Shown: positions 31,851 through 46,151 of the stretch, piece after piece
Position numbering within the stretch: position 1 is the first letter of the stretch
How the letters are laid out: every line of letters begins with the position of its first letter
Source of the DNA: the human T2T-CHM13v2.0 reference genome, Homo sapiens
Direction: 5' to 3' (one strand)
Length of the DNA stretch: 64,000 nucleotides
Assembly: GCF_009914755.1 (NCBI RefSeq)
Contig: NC_060930.1
Position numbers and translations under genes: made by a program
The notes under the pieces: generated by a model
The model's database searches: none
What the model saw: only the letters and a program-made list of their open reading frames with translations
Told to the model about the DNA's origin: nothing

Positions 31851-34382
31851 CTTACAATTATATCTGTAGGTATTGTCTGACTCATAGAATCCATGCAGTA
31901 CATCTGTGCAGCTTCCATTTCTGTCCTTAGCCTCAATTCCTTTCTGTCTTTAGTTCTCTATCTTTACCTTAAAATCTCCATGTAAATCATGCTAACCTAG
32001 CACGATCCATGGTGCACCCACTTGGCATTTTCAGGGAAAAGGGATAAGGCCTATAAAGAAAGTCCACACCCAGCGCCTGGTTCTGCCTGTGCCCATTCTG
32101 ACTGCTTTATCTTCAGTGCTTTAGATGAATGTGCATCTTCCTGGATGCTTTTCCTTCCTGCATGATTTGGAAGAATTAGAATCAGTCTTCCTTCCATGAG
32201 TTTCCCAGGGAATCAGAGGGACTTTTTAAGCATAATGATGGAATTTTTATTGTCACCTTTTGTTGTAAAATGCTCTATAGATGAGAAATAGATTATATCC
32301 ATCCCCCCACCAGCTGTGCTTCATGGTAATGGCCAAAAAAATGTTCAGAATTAAGACTGGGAATTTTTTGAATTCATATCCCAAAGCTCCTTTAAAAACT
32401 TATAACTTGGGGAACTAAAACAAAGTCATTTTAGAAGGAAATGGGTTTTTCTCTAATAATGGCCATCAGAATGATTACCCAAGTGATGTCACACAGCTGG
32501 CAACCTTCTTAGGGAAGGTAACTGATAGCAGAGGAAAGTCTGCCTTTCTCTATGTTAGCACTTCAAAAACCAATTGTTCCTAGAATCTTCAGTGTCATCA
32601 TGAAACATATATAAAGCCTCTGCCTATTGTTTGAGTCTCCTCTCACTAAGAGGAACCATCAATTCAGACTTGCCCAGACTCATTGAGAAGACCAGGCTAA
32701 CCAAGCCATCCTTAAGAAATTTTTCTAAATTCCAAGAAGCAAAAGAATATATTTTTATTATTAAATAGCTAACATACTTACTTTAGTTTAGATTTATGAT
32801 ATAGTTCTAGTTTTAGGGTTTTCCTGCATATTGTATGGTACTTTTATCTCCATATATAATATATTTAGTATATTTATGCTTATTTCACAGGAACTAATAA
32901 CATTTATACAGTTTTGAATTATTTTAACGGTTCACATTTGTTTCACCTTTGCTTTTATAACATTGTTATGTCTCAGCTCTTAATTAATAATGTTGCAGGG
33001 ATGCAATTGCTAATTTTAATATTCCCCCCCAGAAGAAACATTTTATACACAAACACACACACACAAAATGTATATGTATATATACATACACACACAAAAT
33101 GTGTGTGTTTATAGATACACATATAAAATGTGTATATGACATTGTGTGTGTATATATATTGGAGTAAAAAGCAAGGATAGTCAGCTCCTATGTTTGCTTA
33201 TACAAGACACAGGAACTCAAGCTCGCTTGCTTGTAAAGTGAATAAAATTGTGTTCTTATGCAAGTGTCACAGTTTTCCTGGGACTCAGTTTCCTCATTCT
33301 CAAAGAAGGAATTTAACTGATGAATTCAAGGATCAACTCTAAACTCATTGAATTGCCTTATTAATCTCTTGGGTCATGCAATTCAGTGATATAACTAGGG
33401 TTAGCCTGAGTGTTTCAAAGCAAGATTAATGGAAGCTCATTCGCCAGCTGTCGGGTTAGGAGATTATTCACAAATGTTGCCCTGTCATTTGAATCTGGTA
33501 GGGTTTGCTGATGAATAAATGAACCCCATTATACTGACAGCCACCTCACTAATCGATCCTAACTAAACCACCTTATCCTCTTCACCTTCCAATTGTGTAG
33601 CCAGCAACTTGCCAGATCTCAGGGACGTTGTTGGGACATGTGGAAGGTCTGAGACAGAGGGCCGGAAGGACAGACAATGCCACCAACTCTATTAATCAGT
33701 CCGCATTTCTCAGACCTGGCTCTCAGCCTACTGAATTTGACAACCAAGGATTTGCGTGTAGTTTTTTTTTTTTTTCATTTTCAATTAATTTCCCTTTTTA
33801 TGCCTTCCTAATTTCTCTTCTTTTCTGACTAAGCTATATATTTACACTGTGAAATTGACTGTCATTAATCTTTTTCTGCCTTGATTTCCTCAACTAAAAA
33901 ATGGTTAAACTAATACCAGCCCTTTCATTCATGGTGATCTTGGGAGGAAAAAAAAAAGAGATAACTGATGTCAGAGAGTGCTTTGAACTTAAAGCAGGAA
34001 GATTGTTCAATTATAATAAGACTCTTCTATCTTTATTTTTATGTGACATTTAGAATGTTAGCGTTGAATACGCGTCAAGGAAGAAAATCCCATTTTGAAT
34101 GACAGTGTTAGAATGACGGCCTGTAAGATATTGGAATTGCATGCAAAAACCAAGAAAATGTGTTTAAAAACTGCTAAGACCAAGCCAGCTACTGTTTCTT
34201 TTCAAAGAATATATGTAGGGAATAGGAGAATTAGGTAACTCTAGGTCATAATAAAAAAGAAGAACATGTGCTTTCTGATTTTGCCAATCTATTTTGTACT
34301 TACTTTATAATTCAATTTTAAGAGTAAAGTGTAATGTCTGATTCATGAATGTTTTACTGTGTAGTGATTTTTTCTTCTTCTA

Positions 34383-34568
34383 GAGCTGTATGGTCCAGTA
34401 TGATAGCCACTAGCCATAATTGCTATATTAATTTAAATTAAATAAAAAATTTAGTCACACTAGTCACACTTCGAGTGCTTAGTAGCTACATCGTGGCTGG
34501 TGGCTCCTGTATCTGAATGTGCAGATACAGAACATTTCCAGAAAGTTCTGTGAGAGAACACTATTCTA
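34383..34568. mobile_element. MER3 hAT MITE
   Basis: tccagtatgatagccactagcc..tacagaacatttccagaaagttctg. Confidence 0.8.
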
Positions 34569-35019
34569 GGGGAACAGAGAAAAGGTGAAAGGATATTCCC
34601 ATTCTCCCTTTTCCCAAAATTGTGTTTTAGAATTTAAATAGAATCTCAGGTTATATATTATAGGTATTATATTTACAATATACATTTGAAATTATTAGAG
34701 CATGAAGGTGGTGGTTGAGCAGGAAAGCACAACTCCAGAAGATCATTTTTTCCCCTACTGAGGACAAACATAATTTGATAATCTTCAGAATAACACTTGG
34801 AAAATTCTGGAACCAGCTGTTTCCTCTCAAGTTGCATTTCTTCCATAAAGAGTTTTTTTTTTTTTTTTTTAAAAACAAAACAAAAAACTTCATCTAGGTA
34901 ACACAGTACCTAGACCAATCCAGGAGTCACTTAAATTGAATTGCTATGTAATTATTTCATGGGTGTAAACCAAACTGTTACCTTAGCAAAATAACTAGTT
35001 TTCTCTTATATTCCAATTT

Positions 35020-35755
35020 CACTTCCTCAGCAAAACCAATGGGCTCCATCATCAGTGTATATCTGGTCTGACCACCTCTCAGCACTCCTGCTAACCTCTG
35101 TGGCTTAACCATCACCATCTCTCACAAGCTATTGCCGTTGGCCCCTGCCTGAGCTCCCTGCTTCCACTCTCCTTCTCTCACCCAACATGGCAGTCAGAGA
35201 TTGGCCTTCAGGGCAATTATCAGTCAGAACAGTGTGGACAACAGCCAATAAAGCCTCACAGACCTCCTGGCTCACCTCACCCCCACCTTATCACCCCTCT
35301 GACCTCCCCTGCGCTTACTCCCTTCAAGCCAAGGCTCTTCTTTATTTTTCAATTGCTGCAGGCATATTCTTGCCTCAGGGCCTTTGCGTTTGCTATTCCC
35401 TCTGTCTGGACCATGCTTATCCCAGATAGCCATATGGTTCTTTCTCTTACTGCCTTTAGATCTTTCTCAACCTCACTTCATAATTACGTCACACCAAGCT
35501 ATTTAAAAATGCCACCCACCTAACCCACCACTCCTCTCCATAACCCCCAGGCATTAAGCACGCTCTATTCTCTTTTTGTACTACATTTTTCTCCATAGCA
35601 CTTATCACCATAGATATGCCATATGTTTTACTTATTTATTCCTGTATAATCTCCTTTGAATGAAATATAAGCTGCTTGAAGGCAGAGCTTTATGTCTTTT
35701 TATCCTTGGTGCCTACCACAAGGTAGGCAGTCAGTAATTATTGGTTGAAAGAATT
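35020..35755 (+). mobile_element. L2 3' region
   Basis: gcctcagggcctttgcgtttgctattccctctgtctgg..gtaggcagtcagtaattattggttgaa. Confidence 0.8.
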
Positions 35756-36121
35756 ACTCAAATATTTAATGACAGTGTTTGTAAACAAAGAGTGCTAATC
35801 TAATTGAAATTCATTTTAGCAAGAGATAGAGAGTCAGGAAGACACATCCTCTGGTGTAACCCTGCCTCCCCTCCACTTCTAAGATTACTCTGGTTTTAGG
35901 CTCTGCTTTCTGCCTGGCTCAACAAGGGGCCTCCATTTCTCTCCTGCCTGCACTTGAGGAGCCACATAGAAGGGAGTTTGAACCAGGGCTTCAGGGAGTT
36001 GTCTGTGGACAGCTTCTGAGAGAGGGAAGTTGGGGCTTCCCATGTTGGCTGGTCCCTTTGCTGGCTGGCCAGTCCTTTGTCACCATGCCAGCATTCTCAA
36101 TGGAGGCAAGAAGGGATCTTA

Positions 36122-36582
<461 letters not shown>

Positions 36583-37461
36583 TTAATGCCAAACTGGGGC
36601 ACCCGGCCTGTTTCTGGCAAAGTGCAGGGGAAAGGAAAGCTTGGAAAGGGATCTGTAGCAGTAAAGACAGAGGAGTCACTTTTTGTTTGTTGGTTCCCAC
36701 TGAGGCACGGCGGAGGAGGCACAGCTGTGCAGAGATCCTGGGTTGCTAATTTCTACATTAAAAGGTGTAGCAGCAGCAGTGTTTATGACTAAACCCGTCA
36801 ACGTTTCACTTCCTCCTGTTGTGTGAAGACTGGGTTTGGCTTAAAAAGCTCTGCCTGAACTTTCAGTTTATCTTGAAACTTTGAGACATTTGTCAAAGTG
36901 CTGAATGGAGTTATTTTAGTAAATCAGTGATGTTTCTGTGTTCCCTGAGTGAAACACTAGCTGATCTCATTTACCTGAGCTTCGAGAAAGAAAATATTCT
37001 CTATTTTTAAAAATAGCTTTGCTCCCTTGAGCATGCCCTTTCTATATGCCCTGGCTTTAGAAGATGGGCTGCCTTATGTTTGAGATTTTTTATTCATTGC
37101 CACTAAAATAATATATGGTGATTTGTATACCTCATATAAGGTCTGCCTCATCAGTACCCTGACCCATCCTTTATTGATTATTTAGTTTTGTGGATTTAAC
37201 CCTGTAGTCCTGTTGGCACAATCAAGGGCAAAATCAAGATCCAGAAAGACATCAGATACCTGAAATCCTTTATTAAAGTGGATTTTGCTTACCCTACATC
37301 CATTGTTAGAAATGACATTCCCAGATCGTAAGAGCTGCAGAATTCTGGAACTGAAACTCTGTCTTTCTGTAATGAATTTGTGAATGAGGAAGTTCTTTGA
37401 ACACAGTAGGCAAAAGGCAGGGGTGTCAGCACTTGACACTTCTATGCCTTTCCTCTACTAG

Positions 37462-37544
37462 GCTATCTTTTTATTGTTCTATTTCTTTTCCTTTTGGCAG
37501 GTGAGTTGGGAATTAGCTAGTAGATCTGTTTTAAGTGGGTAAGC
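37462..37544 (+). promoter_or_regulatory. Candidate recursive splice site with RS-exon (37501-37538)
   Basis: AG-free pyrimidine tract, then CAG|GTGAGT, with a second donor TGG|GTAAGC 38 nt downstream. Confidence 0.5.
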
Positions 37545-37749
37545 TGCAAACAACAGATTTTTAGGTACTTCCCTTACAGGATATGGCTATTAAACAGGAA
37601 GGATGTGTCAATTATGTGGTAGGCAGCAGGATAAAACAGGCAGGACAGAATTATTATCAGATTCACAGACCGTAGCAACTTTTTGCCTTCTAAAATCCTG
37701 AATTTTCAGAGGTGGAAATAGGGTGAGAAGGAGCAGTAAAACCTGTTGC

Positions 37750-39420
37750 ATTCATTCACTCAACAGATATTTGAACACCTATTTTGTGCCAGGAATGTAC
37801 TGGGCACTGAGAAATAGAGCTTTGAATAGGACAGATGTGGTCCCTGCTCCCAGGCACCTTGCAGTCTAATGGGGCTGGTAGATATTAAATATGTAATCCC
37901 ACTGTTAATTAAAACTGTGATAAGTATTCATAAGAAAATGTGCAAATACGGTGGGAGTATATAATAGGGAGACCTGGTGTAGTCTGGACTTTCTTAGGGA
38001 AGTCCTTTACCTGAAGAATGAGTAGGCATGAGCCAGGTGAAGGTAAAGCAAGAGGGGGAAGGGATAGCTCCTAAAGCAGAGGTGGGGCAGGAGCCCTCCT
38101 CTTGGGAGAGCAACAGAAGGCCAGTGTGGCTGGGTTGAAGTGAGGCTGGAGGTGGAGGCAGGGGCCAGTGTAGTGGTGCAGAGCCACTGAAGAGCTTAAG
38201 CAGAGAAGGGACATAATAATGTTTGGGTTCTTAAAAGATCACGTTCAGATCCTATATGAGCAGGTGATTTGAGGGGGCAGGAGTGGATCTGTTAGAAGGC
38301 TATTGCAAGTGGTCCAGGAGCAAGAGGGTGGTGGCTTGGAATAGTATCATAGTAGTAGAGATGGAGAGAAGTGAATGGATGTAAGAGGTATTTAGGGAGG
38401 TAGACTGCATTGAACTTGGAGAATGACTAAGATAGGAAGAGAAGGGGACAATGCTTGGATTTCTGGCTTTGGAAACCATATGGATGACCATCCTTGTTCC
38501 TGAGCCAGACCTATTGTGGGAAGGGCAGATTTTGAAAGAAAGATCATGGTTTAGTTGTTGACATGCTGAATTTAAGGGTTGGAGTACATACAAGTGAAGT
38601 TAGATCAATAGATCTGATGATCGGAGGGGAGATCTGGGCTGTGCATAAAGTTGGGAGTCATCTGGGATGGACTGAAGTCATGAGAGAGAATGAATGGTAG
38701 CAGGGAATGGGGATTGGACATGTGACTAGGAATAACCACAGAGGCCAGTTGAAAATGTATGGAAACGAGAACATCAAGCATGAAGGGCCATGCCCAGTGC
38801 TAAGGAGAAATCTGGTTAGGAAGTGCATGGATTTAGCAGCCGTGAGGTTGGATTTAGCAATCAAGATTGGCACCTCAAGCAGGAGAAATTTAAGTGGAGT
38901 TGTGGGGACAGAAGCCAATTTTGAACACTAGATGAGTGAATTGGAGGCAGGAATATGAAGACACTGAGTATGGGTACCTTTTTTGAGAAGTTGGGCTCAA
39001 AGGGTAGAGACAGTTAGAGGGGACCTGCAAGAGGTGTGTAGGATCCAGGCATATAGCTCTAGGTCTAAACATCTCTATGTTTGGATATTTAGAGATGGAA
39101 GAGAAAGGATATTTAGTTGCTTAAGGTTCCTGCAAAGACAGGTGGGATGTAACCCAGAGCCCACACGAAGGGACGGGCATTTATCTCCAGCACTTCAGAA
39201 GGAGAGGAAGAGGAGGGGGTGGGTACAGCTGCAGATGCAGGCAGGTGTGGAGGTTTGGAGTGGAATGGTAAGTGATACCATTCTGATAATTTCTGTTTTC
39301 TCTGTGAAGTAGGAGGGAAAGTCATCTTCCCAGATGAAGGGAACGGAATCAGGTTGCTGGGTAAGATCAGTTCTCCAGCTGTGCTTGGCAGCTACCACTG
39401 CAAGCATGGAATAGGCGGCT
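37750..39420 (-). mobile_element. Long L2 (L2a-like) relic
   Basis: Starts cattcattcactcaacagatatttgaacacct.., followed by a purine-rich L2 antisense body. Confidence 0.8.
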
Positions 39421-39629
39421 AGGTAAGTTCAGCCAAGATTGAAGTTTTACTCTGTGGGAGTAATAAAAGGACAAGGAACACGAAGGCTAAGGACATTAAC
39501 ACATGGAGGAATGATTTCAGTGGAGGTTCAGTTGGATGAAGATAGGTTAGTGCTGATGGAGAATGACCTGGCAGTGTCAGGGGGCAATAAACAGGGTAGT
39601 GGTAGTACCTGAATAAGGGAACTAGCTAT

Positions 39630-40201
<572 letters not shown>

Positions 40202-40259
40202 TCAAAGGCTTCCTGATCATCATATCTTTAGGGATGCAATGATTTACACTGACTATCGC

Positions 40260-40460
40260 CAACACTTTTCTAAGCACCTTGTGTGTATTACCTTCTTTAA
40301 TCCTTATGACAACCTCCAGTGAGGTATATATTGTGATCCCATATTTTACAGATGAGGAAAGTAAGGCACACAGAGGTCTTTCTCAAAATCATTCGTGCTT
40401 GTAAGTGGTGGGACCAGAATTCAAACTGGGGTGGTACAGTTTCAAAGCCTAGTGCTCTGC
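40260..40460 (-). mobile_element. MIR
   Basis: attttacagatgaggaaagtaaggcacacagagg core. Confidence 0.8.
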
Positions 40461-40516
40461 ATGATTGGATGCTGTATTGTCCCCTGATGAGAGAAGTTGG
40501 GGCTGTATAGAAAGTG

Positions 40517-40611
40517 TGAGGTGGGAGGATCATTTGATCCCAGGAGTTAAGACCGGCCTGGGCAATGTAGTGAGACCCTGTCTCTACATAAAATAGAAAA
40601 AAAAAAAAAAA
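40517..40611 (+). mobile_element. 5'-truncated FLAM/Alu monomer
   Basis: gaggtgggaggatcatttga..gagaccctgtctcta plus A-tail. Confidence 0.8.
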
Positions 40612-41420
40612 GATTTTGAGCCAGGTATTAGCCTCACCTATGAATGAAGTTCAGCATATCTAGGAGAGTGCTAGGCACAGTACTTGTAGGCTTTTTACAT
40701 GTTACCCCTTTAATCCCCACAACTGTCCAACAGAGTCTATTTCATACTGATTCTACAGGTAAGAAAAATAAAATTTAGGAGGTTAGGTAGTTGATAAATG
40801 GAGGAGTTGGTAATTTGATCTAAATTGGTCTGGATTCAAAGCCCATTCTTCCTTTATATCAAAGTTTATCCCATCACCATATAGAAATGGAAATTCTCTT
40901 CTAATTCTTAAATAGGTTATAGTTACCATGGGAGTATTCTCCCCCTTGCTCTGACTCAAGCCACATGCTGAAGATGATGTGTTACGAATAAGGCTGAGAC
41001 CAGGAGACTGGGCTTCTGGGCTCAGCTCTGTTTCTAACTAGCAAGTTTGCACACTGTCTCTGTAGGTCTCACACCTTTGTCCCTGTGGATCATTTTCAGA
41101 GCTATATTCTATAAGTTTGAGGACAATTATTATGGCTCCTTTTATATTAGTATCTACTGTATGCTCAGCACTTGATAGGTTATCTCTAGTACTTAAACTA
41201 GGATACAGATTGTCTCCAATTTAGAAGTGAAAAAGCTGAGGCCTGGAGATTTCAAGCAACATGCCTAATACCTCTCAGTCCACAAAATGGCAAAGCTGAG
41301 ATTTCGCCTGAAGTGTGTCTGACTCTAAAGCTCATGTTCTTGCCATCTTACCAGCTGCCTCATCCTCATCTATAGCCTCATGGTGGATCCTGCTTACAGG
41401 TGCATATGGTACCGTATGCT

Positions 41421-41708
41421 AGTATTTATCAAACTTTCAAAACCTGGATCCAGAGTAAAACATGCATTTTATATTGATTTCGAGAATTGTGCACACACAC
41501 ACACATTTGCATGCGAGTACCATGTATATACTGACATCACTCAAACAAGTTTTGTGAAATAATGCTCATGTTTTCTACTTGCTGTGCCTTGGCTTTCTTT
41601 TCCTTTTCACTTTGGTTTAGTTTGTCATATTAATATGCTCATTAAACTCTGATGAATTGATTTAACTACCCACCAATGGGTTGTAGCCCTCAGTTTGAGA
41701 AGCACCGC
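41421..41708. mobile_element. hAT-Charlie non-autonomous element (MER119-like)
   Basis: Inverted-type termini tagtatttatcaaact.. / ..cagtttgagaagcaccg. Confidence 0.55.
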
Positions 41709-44065
41709 TGTAAATTATATACCTACCTTAATTTCTTGATAGGATTACCCCAAATCTTATATTCTCCTTCTTTCCTTATTTTTTATTCTCTGAATTTAAT
41801 GAAGACTATTTCTCTGATTATATATGTAATGGTGTTAAATCTAAATCAACCCCCCCCGCCCCCCGCCGCCATATGGCAACCACCTTTCTGCAAAGTGGGA
41901 AACTATCTTATAACTTTGTTCTGAGAGAAGGAAAGAAAATATGTATTTTTTTCATTTGATGAAAATGCTAATATAACAAGGGAGGGAGAAAGAAGTGACA
42001 TTTGTGTTTCCTTGGCTTGAGAAGATGAGAATGTAAGGCCAAGAAACACAGACAAGTTGAAATGATGTAGGCTGGGGAGGGACTGCGGCAATAGACTTAC
42101 AGTAAAAGAAAAGTGAAACTGATTTCTTGTTCCAACTCTTCCATTTAGCATTTATTGGACTCCTTCATGTGCCAGGTACTTGTGTTTTGCATGTATTATC
42201 TCAGGTGAGGAGACAGAGGTATGGGAGGCTGAGTTACCTGCCCAAGATTGCATGGTTGGTAGAGAGTGGTCTAGCAGACTCCCTGGAGCCAGTGCTCGTT
42301 GTCACTAGGCCATAGCTGCCACTTGTCTCAACTTTTGAGTAATTCTGTGTGGTCTTTATTTGGTGCCAGGCCCAGGAGGGGACTTTTGCGCCCTAGGCTT
42401 TGAATCTTGAGAGGGAACATGCTAGGGTGGAAGATTGGAGTCAATTTGTTCCACGAGGGCAGCCAGAGGAACTCCTTATTAGTCCCTGCTTCTCCCATCT
42501 TTAGAGTTGATTTGGTTTCTGTCTCTACTGAGTTCTGGTTGTTCTTTTGATTACAAGAACTACTCAATTTCCTTTAAGTAAATTTATTTATTCTTAAAAT
42601 TCTGTTGCTTGAAACTAAGAATAAGCCCTAATAGGCACAGAGGAATAATTTAACTCTTCCTGATCTGTTTCCTCATCTGTAAAATAAAGGAAAAGGGCAC
42701 ACATATCCCCTGACCCCTCTTAACTCTCTCATCTTTAGCTAGAATTGGGTTCTAGTGATTCTCAAATGGATGTGTTCTAAAAGAGGCTGGCTGGCCCTGT
42801 GTTGGGGAAGCAGAAGTTTTAGTAATTAATTAGGTTAATATGAACTTTATAGTTATATTTTTTCTGTATTCCCTGAATAACTGTGACTCTATTACTTGTG
42901 AATTTATTTAAAACATAAATATGACAGTGATGACTAGATGAGGTCTCTTAGCACACATGCCCTATGCAGACCTGTGAGTCCCCTGCTGTCTGCTCACCCA
43001 ATAGTTGAGGGCCTGGGTAGGAGTTCTGCCACATGTGAGTTCTTAACACAAAATCCTCATGGACCCTGTGGGCCTGGAGCTGGATACTTCACTCATCTTC
43101 ACCCTTGGCCTCATGCTAAGAATTACCATCCTGCCACCACTTAAAGATGCCCATTCATGTTAGTGTGTCACTGCTAAAGTACTGTCATTAAAGAAGACCT
43201 ATCATTACTCTGACTTTAAAATACATTGTTCTAACAGAATCACTATGGGAGATTCCAGACTTCTGTATCAGCGGGTGCTTTGAAAAGAGGATCTGATATG
43301 TACTGGCCCCTGTGTTCACCTGTGGGCGAACATTAGACATGTTTGTTTCTTTTATGCTTTGATAACACCTTACAACTTGCAATAGTGTGACTTTGGAAAG
43401 AATGAAGTGATTGTGTCTGGCATGCTGTATGTAAACATTCCATTTCTACATAATGTGAAAAGGAATGAATTAGGTGAAAATAAATGGATTTGCACAGGTG
43501 TTAGAGTACGTAGATTTCCTCTGAAACTAAACATCCGAATAGAAAACGAAACTCAGTGACTTCTTGACCGCCTATTGAAGAAGCACCTGTTGGTCCAGGG
43601 AGCAGAGATCTAAGGGGGAATTAATTCCTCTCAGCAAATATTTACCGGGGGCTTGTCATTCCTAGAAGTCCACCCAAAAAGAGTGGGGCTGGAGGAGAAT
43701 CCCAGAGAGAGTCTAAGTCATGGGCTCAGAGTGTAGGGAAGTGACTTTGAGACCTGTTCCAACCAAACCTCTTATTTTAAATTTGGGTAAAATAAGGTCT
43801 CTAGAGATTGTAACTTGTTCATGGTTAGGCCACTTGGCTAACTTGAGGCCAGACTCAGGCTAAATCTGGATAACTCTCTTCTTGGTTTACTACTATTATA
43901 GACCTAAAATTTTATTATGATATTAAAATGTAAATAACAGTAACAGACACCATGTAGCAATTCTCATGTGCCAGCACTCTTCTGAGCACTTTAGGTGTAT
44001 TAACTCATTTAACCCTCATCATTCCATGAAGTGTAAATATTTCTCTCATTTTTAAAGAGAAGAGA

Positions 44066-44360
44066 GCCTGGTGCAGTGGCTTGATGGCCCATGCCAATAA
44101 TCCCAGTCCTTTGGGAGGCCGAGCTGGGAGGATTGCTTGAGGCTACGAGTTTGGGACCAGCCTGGGAAACATGGCAATACCCCATCTCTGTAAAAAATTA
44201 AAAACTAGCTGGGCATGGTGGCACATGCTTGTAATCCCAGCTACTCCGGAGGCTGAGACCAGAGGATTACTTAAGCCCAGGAAGTCTAGGCTGCAGTGAG
44301 CTGTGATCGCTCCACTGCACCCTAGGTGACAGAGTGAGACCCTATATCTTAAAGAAAAAA
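44066..44360 (+). mobile_element. AluJ inserted in a MIR (MIR about 43950-44065 and 44360-44480)
   Basis: J-type dimer. The MIR core resumes at gaggaaattgaggcacagg. Confidence 0.88.
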
Positions 44361-46056
44361 GGAGGAAATTGAGGCACAGGAAAGGTTTAGTAATTTGCTC
44401 TTAGCCATGTATATATTAAATAATGGAGCTTGGTTTCAAACCCAGGCAGTCTAAATCTACAATTTATTCTCTAAACCACTAGACCAGGGGTCAGTAACCA
44501 TATCTTGGGCTTTATGAGCCATAAAACTCTACGTGGGGTAGTGGGAAGAGGCTGGGTTTGACTTATAAGCTGTAGTTTGCAAACCCTACACTAGGCTGTA
44601 TAGCCTCACTGGGGCACATCCATTAATATCAATGTATCCCACAGCTGCCCATGAAGAGTGAAGCTCTAATTTTGAAAAGGATTTTAAGTCAGGAATTAAA
44701 TTAAAATGTACTTTTTTGGTGTTCCTTTTGGGTGAAGTGTCCTCCTGCCAGGAAGGATGATGTTCATCATAGCTGAGTATAGTGTTAGGAGGCTCAGAGC
44801 CAGGAGAGAGGTTTTATTCTCCTTCAGTTTTCTGGGTGACCTTGCAAAAGTCCCTTATCATCTGCCACTTATAACTCTGCAGTGGTGATAATGTGCCTCA
44901 CCACCTGCCCTTCTCCCTCACCTAGGTATATGTCTTGGATTAATGAGGTTTTATCTGTAACGTACTTAGAGCTGGGAGTTTGGAAGGGGAAAGTATTAAG
45001 AGGGGGAATGATGGCATTCATCATTTAGTTTGCTTGCAAATTAGAGAGTGCTTCAAGGGTGTAAGACCATTTGTTGAATGTTTGGCACGTAGAGCCCAAT
45101 TTTAAAGAAAAGGCACTCCTGGTAATCTGCATGAGAGAATGTGGATTTAGAGAGCATGAATTTATGGATTGCCTGTGCTGCAGTAGGCTTTAGGCCATGG
45201 AGTTATTTAAGATGGTATGTATTTATTTCAGTTTCTAATAAGTGTGCAATGAGCAGATTCCATAGTTGACCTCCATATCTCCATAAGAAAACATAGGCTT
45301 CTCTGCTAAACTGTGAGTCTTAACAGTAAGGAGGACTTATAAATGTTTCTAAGTGAAATTATGAAGTTAAAAGTTGAACCAAGAAGCCTCAGAGGGAACT
45401 GGCTGCTACTTGCATTTCAATGAAAGGCAGAGGAAATTCATTACAGAGGTTGAAAATGTGGTTTGCGTGTTAAGGCTGCAGTGGAAAAATGGGCCTTCCC
45501 AGGGGAGGTGGGAGGGAAGTTGTAGCTTACCCTTTGTGGTGAAGGTTCCTTGGCTAAGCACATATACTCCATCTGATGCACCCTAATTTTTTTTTTAACT
45601 TTGCAAGAAAATTCTTCCCTTCAAAGCCAAAGATGTGCATTGAACAGAAAATTGCAGCCTAGGAGAAGTTTCAATATCTTTGTATTTTTTGTTTGTTTTG
45701 TTCTTTTCACAAAAACAATTATTAAAAAATTCAGTAGGTGAAGCAACTTAATCTTACTTTGTGAAACTAAATCTAAGATGCTATTAGTTAAGTTATAAGA
45801 AGAGCTGGTGTTTAGCAAAGGCATATTAGGTTCTGGGGTAGGGCTTTATCTGCATTTGTATCTTATTTAATCCACACAACAGTAACAGTCCTGCAGAGGA
45901 ATATTCTTGTTTGAGCATCTCTTGTATGAGGCACCTCAGTTTGCTCATCTGTAATTCTGTAATCTCTAACTCTCTAGAGATAACAAAAGTCTATCAGGTT
46001 TAAGTGGCAGAGCCAGAATCTGAATATAAGTCTTTCTGATTCCAAAATTCAAGCTA

Positions 46057-46151
46057 GTAGATTGACCAACAGTCCCAGTTTCCTGGGATGCAGGATTCTC
46101 AGCCCTGAAACTAGAAACGTCTTATACAAACAGAAAGAGTTGGTCACCCTA
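46057..46151. mobile_element. MER94-like hAT-Blackjack MITE (source copy)
   Basis: tgaccaacagtcccagtttcctggga..gagttggtcacccta. Confidence 0.75.

Noticed and set aside
33040-33160. Quasi-palindromic CA/TA/TG tract
   Set aside because: Self-complementarity is expected from decayed dinucleotide repeats.
37208-37327. 120-nt AG..GT segment with a protein-like frame (GKIKIQKDIRYLK)
   Set aside because: Poor pyrimidine tract, weak donor context, stop codon in the CARMIL1 frame, and no recognisable homology.
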